56,422 nt of DNA from Promethearchaeota archaeon (GTDB taxonomy: Archaea; Asgardarchaeota; Hermodarchaeia; Hermodarchaeales; Hermodarchaeaceae), in contig JBHLPR010000006.1 of NCBI GenBank assembly GCA_048939245.1, positions 12,504-68,925 on the forward strand, written 5' to 3'. The notes beneath the pieces were generated by a model, which was not told the origin of the DNA, made no database searches, and saw only the letters and a program-made list of their open reading frames with translations. The position numbers and the translations under genes are program-made. Numbering within the stretch: position 1 is the stretch's first letter; the number at the start of each line of letters is the position of its first letter. This document shows, piece after piece, positions 45,240 through 54,500 of the stretch.

Positions 45240-46394
45240 CTATCTTTTAATATCAAGGAGTGGAAAGATTAAATCTTGGACTCTCGAAATACTTTCACTA
45301 ACTATACGTCCTATACGATCCGTATCCAACTTCGAAAGTGAGGGCACCTTTTTATCATGAAGGGTGGGTGGTGCATTTAAGCCTGTTACTTGATTAAAAA
45401 TGGCTTGCCACGATTTGGGAATATCATCTCTGAGAGTTACTCCTGCGTATTGAGCGAGCATAATGGTCCAGCATCGTGGTACGGAGTAATACGAGTATCC
45501 GCCACCCCCAACAGCTACTAGTTTTCCTTTTGAATATTCGTGGGCAAGCCCATGCACCCGTTGACTAATTTGGTTGAAGGCACGAGTTGTTAACAGGAGG
45601 TTTCCGAGTTGGTCTTGGAAGTGAGTATCTACTCCATTTTGCATCACGATAACTTCGGGTTTGTAAGCTTTGATTATTGGGGGGACGATTGCTTCAAAGG
45701 CCTCCAAATATTGTCTGTCCTGGGTATAGGGAGGAAGGGGCAGGTTTACTGTGTATCCTTTACCGAGGCCATCGCCAATATCTGTGGGATAACCTGTGCC
45801 AGGAAACAGAGTTCGCCCAGTTTGGTGAATTGAGAGTGTTAGTACTTCAGGGTCTCTGTAGAATTGCTCTTCAACACCATCTGCATGGTGGACATCAATA
45901 TCTAAGTACAGTATTCGCTTCTGGTTGTATTTGCGTTTTAGATAATGGCAGGCAATCGCAACATCATTGAAGATGCAAAAGCCTGCCGCTCTATCTGCAT
46001 GGGCATGGTGCAGGCCCCCGGCAGGATTCCAAGAATGGTTAGATTCTCCACGCATGACACTATCAACGGCTGCAAGCGTCGCTCCAACCATTAATCGAGT
46101 AATATTATATGCATCAGGAAATGCAACTGTGTCTCCCATATCCAGTGTTGAATAGTGATCGAGTTCGCTTAATTCACGGACTTGATCTATGTATTCTTGT
46201 GTGTGGACGAATTGAAGTTGGTCATCGGTAGCGGGTTCAAAGGAAGGTTCAGATACACCCCTACTAGATAATATTCCAAGGGCTTTGCTTAGTTCGTGAT
46301 GCAGTAGAATACGATCTTGATGTAAGGGGTGGTGTGGTCCTAGATCATATTTCATGAACCGCTCGTCATAGAAAACTGCGATCGTATTTGTCAA
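45240..46394 (-). CDS. Zn-dependent histone deacetylase family protein (AcuC-like)
   Basis: GGLHHA, GFC.FND, DIDVHHADG, FPGTG, GVD.H..D.L and GGGGY motifs. Confidence 0.95.
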   Translation of the reverse strand: MTNTIAVFYDERFMKYDLGPHHPLHQDRILLHHELSKALGILSSRGVSEPSFEPATDDQLQFVHTQEYIDQVRELSELDHYSTLDMGDTVAFPDAYNITRLMVGATLAAVDSVMRGESNHSWNPAGGLHHAHADRAAGFCIFNDVAIACHYLKRKYNQKRILYLDIDVHHADGVEEQFYRDPEVLTLSIHQTGRTLFPGTGYPTDIGDGLGKGYTVNLPLPPYTQDRQYLEAFEAIVPPIIKAYKPEVIVMQNGVDTHFQDQLGNLLLTTRAFNQISQRVHGLAHEYSKGKLVAVGGGGYSYYSVPRCWTIMLAQYAGVTLRDDIPKSWQAIFNQVTGLNAPPTLHDKKVPSLSKLDTDRIGRIVSESISRVQDLIFPLLDIKR

Positions 46395-46535
46395 TGGATT
46401 ACACCAAGCAAACTACCTTAGACATTATTCAGTTCTCTTCTCCTAAAGGGGTTGCGAAAAATCCAACAAACCTTACCGACCAGTCGAAGAACTGGGAGAG
46501 TATAAAAATCTGGTTTCACGTAATTGACCTGAAAG

Positions 46536-47201
46536 GTGTGGCAGCTGCTCTTAGAGTGGTCTAGCCGCAATAAGGCTCTTGGCGTGGTGTACGAACTGGC
46601 TACTCATCAAGATACTAATGGTAGAACTGACGCAGTAGCAGAAACACCTGTCATTAAGCCTCAGACCCCAATTTTCAAAGTCATTGTGGCTGGCGAAGGA
46701 GGAGTGGGGAAGACCAGCCTCATCCGACGGTATCTCTTTGAAGACAGCATGACTCCAGTCATGACCGTTGGATCCGAATTTGCTTATCAAGAACTGGAAG
46801 TCAACAACCAAAAAGTGGGTCTCTCCATTTGGGATTTCGGTGGGGAAGAACGATTCCGGGATTTAATGCCAATCTTTTGCCTTGGAGCACACGGGGCTCT
46901 CGTTGTCTTTGACCTCAATCGATTTTCCACGTTTCTTCAACTAGAATTTTGGATGGATGTCATCCGTAATAGCGCAAATGGCATTCCTATCATATTGGTT
47001 GGCGCAAAGGCGGATTTAGAAGGTGGTCCGTCAGAGGAAGAAATCCGGAAATTCTGTGTAACCTATGGCATCCGCGCTTATATGCCGGTTTCGGCTCTGA
47101 CTGGAGAAAATGTGTGTGAGATGTTTGAATTTCTTGCAGAGAAAATGCTTGAAGCAACTGATGAAGGGCGCCTGAAACCTGCTTATTCGTTGAAAGTGTA
47201 A
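46536..47201 (+). CDS. Rab/Ras-like small GTPase (true start probably GTG at ~46584/46587)
   Basis: G1 GEGGVGKTS, switch I TVGSEF, G3 WDFGGEERF, G4 GAKAD, G5 SAL. Confidence 0.92.
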   Translation: MWQLLLEWSSRNKALGVVYELATHQDTNGRTDAVAETPVIKPQTPIFKVIVAGEGGVGKTSLIRRYLFEDSMTPVMTVGSEFAYQELEVNNQKVGLSIWDFGGEERFRDLMPIFCLGAHGALVVFDLNRFSTFLQLEFWMDVIRNSANGIPIILVGAKADLEGGPSEEEIRKFCVTYGIRAYMPVSALTGENVCEMFEFLAEKMLEATDEGRLKPAYSLKV

Positions 47202-47298
47202 GCTGGATATTACTTGTGTTTTCAGCTTCTATTCTTTTATAGGAAGCTTAATCTAAGGGACAGCATACTCCGTGAAACTTCGTCGGCGGTGTACCGTA

Positions 47299-47997
47299 AT
47301 GTATGCTGGTAAGCGTGTCTGTGTCGTGATTCCTGCTTGGAATGAGGAAGAACCCATCGCTGACACAATCCATGATTTTAGGACTCCACAAGTTGATGAC
47401 GTCATCGTCATTGACAACAATTCCACAGACAACACCGCCAAAGTAGCCCAAGCTGCGGGAGCCACAGTTATTCCTGAACCCATCCAAGGTTATGGGGCCG
47501 CCATTCGCCGCGGATTACGGGAAGCCTTAGACCGTGGTTATGATCTCATTATCATTACTGAGGCCGACCAGACTTTTCGTGGTATCGATGTGCCCCGCCT
47601 CCTAAACGCAATACGCACCCATCATTTCGTCGTAGGAACTCGCACTGCAACACCCTATTTAGAAGAGGGGGCGAATATGGGGCTCTTTCTTGTAGTTGGC
47701 AATATAGCGGTTGCCAAGCTCTTAGGCTTACTCCATGGCTATCCACCGCTCACAGATGTCGGCTGTACACTACGGGTGATTCGACGTGAAATGCTCGAAG
47801 CTATTCTCCCCAAATTAGATGCCGAAGGCGCTGCTTTTTCTCCCCAAATGATTGTCAAGGTTCTCAAACATGGTGGAAAAATCAAAGAACTTCCTGTCTT
47901 CTACTTAACCCGTGTCGGAGAAGCAAAAATCACCACTTCCAAAGGCAAGGCTTTCAAGAATGGCTTACAAATGATCAAAGTCATTCTAAATCTATAA
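47299..47997 (+). CDS. GT2 glycosyltransferase, dolichol-phosphate-sugar synthase (DPM1-like)
   Basis: VIPAWNEE, DNNSTDNT, QGYGAAI, EAD, TDVGC and R.GEAK motifs. ATG at 47299 preferred over GTG at 47272. Confidence 0.9.
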   Translation: MYAGKRVCVVIPAWNEEEPIADTIHDFRTPQVDDVIVIDNNSTDNTAKVAQAAGATVIPEPIQGYGAAIRRGLREALDRGYDLIIITEADQTFRGIDVPRLLNAIRTHHFVVGTRTATPYLEEGANMGLFLVVGNIAVAKLLGLLHGYPPLTDVGCTLRVIRREMLEAILPKLDAEGAAFSPQMIVKVLKHGGKIKELPVFYLTRVGEAKITTSKGKAFKNGLQMIKVILNL

Positions 47998-48741
47998 AAT
48001 GCGGTCTTTGTCTCGACTTAGCAGTTTTTCTGCTTCAGCAATATCTTTCGGATAGGTTACATTCAAGTATTGACCGCCCAAAAAATACCCATAGACCTCA
48101 TATTCCAGCTCACGAAGCGTATTGAGTGTATCAGTAATCTCAATCTCATTTTTGTTCGATCTAGGGGTCCGTCGAATCGCTTCAAATACGGTTTCATTGA
48201 AAATGTAAGATCCACAGCCCAAGATGTTGTTGGTTAGTTTCTCGGGTTTCTCGACAAGATGTTGTATACGCTGGGTCTCAAGGTCAATTTCAACAGAGTA
48301 ATTTTTCCGGATAAGATCCTCGTTGTCTACACGCAGAATCCCAATAGATGCCGCACAGCCCATCTCATCGAACGATTGGATAAACCCTCGATGGTCGGAG
48401 TCCAAATACAGTTCATCCCCCAGATATACAACAAAAGGTGACTCCACAATACCTTCAGCAAGTCCCACAGCATGTCCTATTCCTTCAGGTTTAGGTTGAG
48501 CCACATATTCGATTGACACTCCGAATTCACTTCCATCCTGGAAATAATTCTCCACTGCTCGTGATTCTGGATTCACAACAATGATGATTTTCGAAATCCC
48601 TGCGTCTCTACACCGATTAATAACATGACTTAGAATAGGACGGCCAAAAACCTGGATCATCGGTTTCGGAACTTTTTCCGAATAGGGACGAATCCGTTTT
48701 CCTTTACCTGCAGCAGGAATTACAGCGTATCTGGGTGGCAT
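47992..48741 (-). CDS. Sugar-1-phosphate nucleotidyltransferase
   Basis: IPAAGKGKRIRP...PKPM, Q..PEGIGHA, LGD, VEKP and EIEITD motifs. Confidence 0.92.
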   Translation of the reverse strand: MPPRYAVIPAAGKGKRIRPYSEKVPKPMIQVFGRPILSHVINRCRDAGISKIIIVVNPESRAVENYFQDGSEFGVSIEYVAQPKPEGIGHAVGLAEGIVESPFVVYLGDELYLDSDHRGFIQSFDEMGCAASIGILRVDNEDLIRKNYSVEIDLETQRIQHLVEKPEKLTNNILGCGSYIFNETVFEAIRRTPRSNKNEIEITDTLNTLRELEYEVYGYFLGGQYLNVTYPKDIAEAEKLLSRDKDRIL

Positions 48742-48864
48742 ACAATGGAGTCATCGTCCTATCTTCTAAAAAACCTTGCTAACCAATTGTTCCTTCTTTC
48801 ATAATGAGGATAACAATTTTAGGCACAATAAGGGCAGATTGGACCCTATCCAATAATCTTTGAG

Positions 48865-49932
48865 TTGCTTCCGATGCGTCAGCGTTGGTATTATTTAATT
48901 GCAGGAGTGAGTCTTGTTCTAATAATTCTTTGGCTTCACATCGCCCTAGTTCTTAATGGAGAAGGGGGAATTTTGGCGCTAGTTGGTACACTTGCTTCTG
49001 CTAACTTATTTTGGATGCTTCCTGCTTTTGCCCTCTTTGGTATTGCTTATTTACTCCGGGCTATTCGCTGGTGGATTCTCCTCCGACCCTTCAATACTAA
49101 AGGAAATCTGGTATCACTTTTCCCTATGCTCGTTGGTGGAATTTTCCTAACATATGTGATTCCCCTTCGTGCGGGCGATATTGCTACCCCGTATTGGCTG
49201 AGAGAAAAAACAGGGACACGATTCTCAGCTGGACTTTCATCAGTCCTACTAGCTCGAGTGCTTGATTTTGCAAGCTTGGTACTAATCATCGTCTTTTCGG
49301 GTTTTCTTCTATTTGGGGCAATCACTGGGCAAGCACTTACTTCCCTTGGTGGAGGAATTGTAATTGCTATTGCTTTTATTGCATTTTTCATTCTGATTCG
49401 AAATGAACGTTTTGTGCAATGGTTTTCTCGAATTGCTGGACGACTTTTTAAGCCCTCCCAACGGCTCAAGGATGAGGTTCCAACCTTTGTTGAAAATTTT
49501 GCATTAGATATGCGAACAGATATTAGCAGCTGGAATTCCGGAATCGCATTTCTAATCAGCGTTCCGTTATGGATTATCGAGACAATGAAACTCGCTTTTC
49601 TTGCCCTTGCGTTTGCTGAAACCCTTAGTTATCTCGAATCCATCTTTGTTTCTTCAATAAGCTATACAGCAGGACACCTCTCAGCCATTCTCCTTCCAGC
49701 AGGAATTGGGATTTTCATTTTCCAATTTTTTGCATTAATAGGATATCTTCCTGGTTTATTTGGACTAAGCCATGTCGCTGGGATTGCACTTTTGGATGGT
49801 CTCATCTATATAATTGGACTTACTATTTTGGGTGTTCCCTCACTAGCTACAATGGGACGGGGCTACCGCACACTCCAGGATGAAGAAATAACACAAGTTG
49901 AAGAAACTCCACCTCGTTCAGAAGGTTGTTAG
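48865..49932 (+). CDS. Flippase-like membrane protein (UPF0104 / LPG-synthase TM region)
   Basis: LRAIRW..LL, P.RAGD, R.LD and PAGIG motifs; multi-TM. Confidence 0.85.
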   Translation: MLPMRQRWYYLIAGVSLVLIILWLHIALVLNGEGGILALVGTLASANLFWMLPAFALFGIAYLLRAIRWWILLRPFNTKGNLVSLFPMLVGGIFLTYVIPLRAGDIATPYWLREKTGTRFSAGLSSVLLARVLDFASLVLIIVFSGFLLFGAITGQALTSLGGGIVIAIAFIAFFILIRNERFVQWFSRIAGRLFKPSQRLKDEVPTFVENFALDMRTDISSWNSGIAFLISVPLWIIETMKLAFLALAFAETLSYLESIFVSSISYTAGHLSAILLPAGIGIFIFQFFALIGYLPGLFGLSHVAGIALLDGLIYIIGLTILGVPSLATMGRGYRTLQDEEITQVEETPPRSEGC

Positions 49933-49965
49933 ACCGAAAGGTTAAAGCTGTGACAGCTCCCCCCA

Positions 49966-51057
49966 ATGAGTGATTGGGCTGTCCTGGTGGTAACCGTGAA
50001 AAAAATCGATCCAAGCAAACTCCCCCTTGCTGTTGTAAAGACTTCGCCAGACACCTACTTCGATGACGTGGCTCGGCTATTTCGGCTAGCAAAATTGGAT
50101 CAAATTTTCGACCCCAAAGTTCGCACGGTGATGAAGCTTAACATTTCTTGGCAAGAATACTTCCCGTCATGTTCTACCCAACCCTACCAGCTTGATGCCA
50201 TGCTTCGAGAGTTGGCTAAACGGAATTTTACCGATGTTCTTGCGTTAGAGAACATGACTGTTGTTACGGACGCCCGCACTGGGATGTACAAGAATCGGTA
50301 TGTTCCTCTTCTTGAAAAGTTTGACATACCTTGGACGATTCTCGTCGATGAAGAATGGGTAGAGGTTAATCCATCAGAGCCCATGGTTTTTGGACAAGAA
50401 GATATGCTCATGCCAAAGCCCATTATTGATGCTCAGATTATTCATCTCCCAACTTTCAAATGCCACGGGCATAGCACAATTACTTGCTCAATGAAAAATG
50501 CGTTCGGATTCCTTCGAACAGTTCGTCACCATTATCATCTCAAGATTCATGAAATCCTTGTCGATTTGCTTCGCATCCAACAGGAATTTTGTGGTCCCTT
50601 GTTTGGTTTTGCTGACAGTACCATTGCCATGGATGGTGCAGGGCCCCGAACAGGTCGTCCATATGTACAGAACTATATTGCAGCTAGCGGTGACTTGGTT
50701 GCCCTCGATGCTCTTTGTGCACAAATGATTGGGTATGACCCAATGCAGATCGGGCATGTGCGAATGGCTCACGAACAGGGTCTCGGAAATGGCGATTTGT
50801 GTACAAAAGAAATGGTTGGCGATGATGTTGAGGGGGTCTGTTTCGAATACAAAACGAAACTCGATCCCGTTATTCGGTTTGACAGGTTTTTCCGAAGCAG
50901 TTTTCTTGAACCGTTCATGATGCGTTCCGCGTTCTTTAATGTCAACGTGAAAATCAGTCACTACCTTCGGGATATTTGGCTCAAAACCCGAGGCAAGAAA
51001 CATATCGATCGCATTATGAAAACCGAATGGGGAAAGATGTTCCGACGATACCTCTGA
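49966..51057 (+). CDS. DUF362 domain protein
   Basis: KLNISW, LP.FK.HGH..IT.SMKNAFG, MDG.GP and D.VALDA motifs. Confidence 0.85.
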   Translation: MSDWAVLVVTVKKIDPSKLPLAVVKTSPDTYFDDVARLFRLAKLDQIFDPKVRTVMKLNISWQEYFPSCSTQPYQLDAMLRELAKRNFTDVLALENMTVVTDARTGMYKNRYVPLLEKFDIPWTILVDEEWVEVNPSEPMVFGQEDMLMPKPIIDAQIIHLPTFKCHGHSTITCSMKNAFGFLRTVRHHYHLKIHEILVDLLRIQQEFCGPLFGFADSTIAMDGAGPRTGRPYVQNYIAASGDLVALDALCAQMIGYDPMQIGHVRMAHEQGLGNGDLCTKEMVGDDVEGVCFEYKTKLDPVIRFDRFFRSSFLEPFMMRSAFFNVNVKISHYLRDIWLKTRGKKHIDRIMKTEWGKMFRRYL

Positions 51058-51171
51058 AATCTGTCCAAATGTTGCAGTAAAACCATTTTTCATTTATCTA
51101 GCTGGCATAAGGCTTATCTGAGCAAAGGTGCCACAAGCCTAACACCCTTTCTCTCCTCTAATAGATGGTGC

Positions 51172-52371
51172 GTGAAATCCTTGACCGAGGAACAGCCTAA
51201 ACCTGAATCCAAAACCTCATTATGGCTACAGGTACGCATGGCACTCAATCTCAATGACCTCCCACGGCTATTACAGGAACCCGGATTCTGGGGTGGCATG
51301 ATCGTCCGTATTGCTACACTGATAGGCTTTTTCATGTTTCTGAACGTTGCGGGCGACTTGACTGACATGAACGAGTTAGTCTTCAAGGGTATGGCCAACC
51401 TGCTCCAAGGAGTGAATCCCTACGGCCAATCATATTTTCTTTACACCTTTTCCGGCCCTTTCACTCAAGATTACTTCAACTATCCACCCTTTGCGATTTT
51501 GTTCCATCTTCCCACATTGTTGTGGCCTGGTCCCCCACGCCTTGGTACTATGGATTTCATGCCTGGCTTTTTCCTTCTTCATTGGTTCTTCGATTTCATA
51601 ACCTACTATCGGTTATGGCAAAATCAACATCGCATAATCTCTAAAATAATCTGGATAACTCCCTTCTTCGTCTTTGCCGACATCATCACCTTCATGTCTC
51701 TTCCTCTCATGTTGCTCACACTGAGCCTACTGAACTTGGAGAAGCCAACCCGTAGTGGATTCTACGCAATACTCTTAGGAGCCACTTATCAAATGGGAGC
51801 CATCTTTATTCCCTTCCTCTTGGCTTATCACTGGCAACAGAAACAATTTCGCCGAAACCTTCTGGGCATGTTACCTGTAGCTATTGTGGTTCTACTATTC
51901 TTCTTGTGGAACCCCATACTCCTCGTTAGTGATCTTCTTATTCAGCAGATTGGACGTCCTCCCGTGAATTGGCAAGATAATTCCAATCTTAGTCCCTACT
52001 ATAATCGCTATTATCCCCTTGCTTTTCTCTTCATGGGCTCGCTACCTTCATGGGCATTCAACCTTGGTATCATCTTTGGTGTCCCTCCACCAATCGCCCC
52101 CCAAATCGCTCTAATTATGATGATTATTGTAATGATACTTGGCATTCTGGGTCTTTGGTATTTCATCAAGAATCCTCGAAAAGCTCTCACCATATTCATT
52201 CCAGGAGTCCTTCTAGCTCTCTTCATCGGCAGCACCGCAGAAGGGCTCGCCCATTACTGGGTGCTCTGTCTCACCCTGCCTTTCATCTTTTGGGGAAACC
52301 GCGACACCTTTTTCATCTCAAATCCACCTCCCCAAATAACAGAAACCCATTCAAACAAGGAGAAAATGTAA
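51172..52371 (+). CDS. Multi-pass membrane protein, probable GT-C glycosyltransferase
   Basis: TDMNEL...G..N...GVNPY...FNYPP loop after TM1; about 9 or more TM segments. Confidence 0.7.
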   Translation: MKSLTEEQPKPESKTSLWLQVRMALNLNDLPRLLQEPGFWGGMIVRIATLIGFFMFLNVAGDLTDMNELVFKGMANLLQGVNPYGQSYFLYTFSGPFTQDYFNYPPFAILFHLPTLLWPGPPRLGTMDFMPGFFLLHWFFDFITYYRLWQNQHRIISKIIWITPFFVFADIITFMSLPLMLLTLSLLNLEKPTRSGFYAILLGATYQMGAIFIPFLLAYHWQQKQFRRNLLGMLPVAIVVLLFFLWNPILLVSDLLIQQIGRPPVNWQDNSNLSPYYNRYYPLAFLFMGSLPSWAFNLGIIFGVPPPIAPQIALIMMIIVMILGILGLWYFIKNPRKALTIFIPGVLLALFIGSTAEGLAHYWVLCLTLPFIFWGNRDTFFISNPPPQITETHSNKEKM

Positions 52372-53675
52372 TGAGTCCAACAACTAACGACACAGAATCA
52401 ACCTTGCCTCCCACCGCTGAAGCGACCCAATCATTGAAAATAAGGGTCCAAGCTTCAATCATCAATAGTTTTCAGCTTTACAGGGAATGGTGGAAGGAAA
52501 TCAGCCTTGGGATTTTCGTTCGCCTTCTTACTCTTGCGGCAGTCCTCTATATCGCCAGTAGTAATCCAACCTTCCCTGATGTCAACGACATGAACGAATT
52601 GCTAACGCAGGGTTTGAATTACCTGTTCGTGGGATTGAATCCGTACAATCGAGATTATTGGCTCACTGCATTAGCAGCAGGTCCTTGTGATCCCTATTAT
52701 CAGAATTTCATTAATTATGGTCCCGGTAGCTTATTGATTCACATCCCCTGTATGATCTATCCCTATTCCTTTGATTTCGCTGGTTGCATGGATTTTCAAC
52801 CAAGCTTTATGGTTCTCCACGGCTTCTTTGATTTCCTACTCTTTGACCGAATGGTTCGTCATGGAAACCGAGCATGCGCAGTTTTCATCTGGATCAACCC
52901 AATAATGGTTACTCTGAATTTTGTGACTCACATGAGCGTCGTGCTCTTCTTAATCTGGATGGGCTATGAAAAATGGAAAGACCCCTTCTGGTCGATTTTT
53001 TGGTTGGGACTTGGAGCCATCACTTATCAGTACATTGGCTTAATTCTTCTCTTTGCTATTGCCTACCACTTCCGTCATTACCGAAAATGGATCATAGGCG
53101 TGCTACCCGCTGTGATTATCTTTGGCTTATTCCAGGTATGGGCCTCACTGGAAGCGTTACTATACGGTAATCCATCTCGCCATTTTGCGTTGATTCATGA
53201 TTTGTTACTTGTCCAATTTGGTCGCCCCTATGAGGTTTGGCCTCTCCATATCCAATCCTGGTGGAGCTGGACCGGTTCGATCCCCGCAGTCATTTTCAAT
53301 GTGTACTGGATCGTTGCGAATAATACTTGGGCAAGTCTAGGTTTTCCCACCATTGATCCTACTCAATGGATACTAATCGGTGACCCCTTACAAATCATAA
53401 CACGAAGCCTGCTTCCGCCTGAGGGTCTACGTATCAGCATGGTGTTTTCCATTATTGCCTTCTTGGTGTCGGTCTATTTGTTAGTGAAATTACTCTTAAA
53501 TCCGGATTTTGGAAAAAGCATCTTATACAGTGTAATTAGTATGGGGTTGTTTTTGATTGGCGCGCCTGCAGGAATTTGGCATCATAATTTCATTGTGATT
53601 ATTCCGCTCTTCTTTCTCCTCACCTATACAACCGAAGGCCGGGTCTCAGAGGACACGGAATCTTCGAGACTGTGA
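52371..53675 (+). CDS. Paralog of the upstream GT-C-like membrane protein
   Basis: NDMNEL...GLNPY...INYGP, MDF.P.F..LH.FFDF, Q.GRP and GSIP shared with the upstream gene. ATG overlaps the upstream stop (TAATG). Confidence 0.72.
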   Translation: MSPTTNDTESTLPPTAEATQSLKIRVQASIINSFQLYREWWKEISLGIFVRLLTLAAVLYIASSNPTFPDVNDMNELLTQGLNYLFVGLNPYNRDYWLTALAAGPCDPYYQNFINYGPGSLLIHIPCMIYPYSFDFAGCMDFQPSFMVLHGFFDFLLFDRMVRHGNRACAVFIWINPIMVTLNFVTHMSVVLFLIWMGYEKWKDPFWSIFWLGLGAITYQYIGLILLFAIAYHFRHYRKWIIGVLPAVIIFGLFQVWASLEALLYGNPSRHFALIHDLLLVQFGRPYEVWPLHIQSWWSWTGSIPAVIFNVYWIVANNTWASLGFPTIDPTQWILIGDPLQIITRSLLPPEGLRISMVFSIIAFLVSVYLLVKLLLNPDFGKSILYSVISMGLFLIGAPAGIWHHNFIVIIPLFFLLTYTTEGRVSEDTESSRL

Positions 53676-53776
53676 ATTAACCAAATAAGGCTTAAAGATA
53701 GCAAAGGGTTTAAATTCGAGCTACACCTTAAACAGCATGGCTTGCAGGCTACTGATTGAGGGTAGGATGCACACTT

Positions 53777-54319
53777 ATGCCAAGTGAGCTTAAGAGAATT
53801 GAAGCAGCACGGGAACTTCTCAAGCTCTTCCACACCCGGAAGCGTATCGAAACCATCATGGAGAAGCATACTTCCCCCCCAGGTGAGTGCCCATTCTACG
53901 ATAGGTCCGTGCTTAGTCACTGCTCCCTTGAACCCCACGCAGCGCATTTACAAGATTGTCGAGGTCGAACATTTGTCGACGGCATGCTCTGTGAAACAAT
54001 CGCGGATCTCCCTTTTGACCGGCGTGCCAAAATCACCTTCTCGAATGCCCTTGAAGCACTCCGCGTTGCACAAACCCAAGACCCCCGAACCCTTAGCGCT
54101 TTTTTGAGCGCATTTACCGATGGTTACTGGGAACTCCTCGCCGAAGGGGGACTCAGCGAACATGAAGCCCTCACTAAAACCATCCTTGAATTGGAAGCAC
54201 TTCTAGCCGAATATTTTGCAGACCGACGCTTTGATCTTAGAAGTCAAATTAAAGGGGTCGTAAACGAATTAACATCAGAGTTCCGGAGACATCTTAAGCC
54301 TACTGTGAAGTGTACTTGA
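53777..54319 (+). CDS. Hypothetical protein with a four-Cys cluster (possible metal binding)
   Basis: ECPFY...HC...DC...LC followed by a helical region. ATG at 53777 is the likely start. Confidence 0.65.
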   Translation: MPSELKRIEAARELLKLFHTRKRIETIMEKHTSPPGECPFYDRSVLSHCSLEPHAAHLQDCRGRTFVDGMLCETIADLPFDRRAKITFSNALEALRVAQTQDPRTLSAFLSAFTDGYWELLAEGGLSEHEALTKTILELEALLAEYFADRRFDLRSQIKGVVNELTSEFRRHLKPTVKCT

Positions 54320-54500
54320 TAATGAATGTGGCTTTTTTGATGCAGATTGAGTTCTGTTAAATTCCCTGCTGCTATCATTTTTTCTTTTTTAATTAATTTT
54401 TTATTTCCATCAGTTGGGATCAAACGAAAATCCATTGTAACAAATCACACGGTGCGTTTATATTCTAGATTAACTATGATGGTGTAACCAAATTTTTTGG

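Noticed and set aside
45240-46394. HDAC as a eukaryote-specific signature
   Set aside because: AcuC/HDAC-family deacetylases are widespread in prokaryotes, so it is not diagnostic on its own.
52050-52370. 107-aa N-terminal extension of the 541-aa ORF
   Set aside because: It overlaps the upstream gene in another frame. The TAATG junction and the paralog alignment support a start at 52371.
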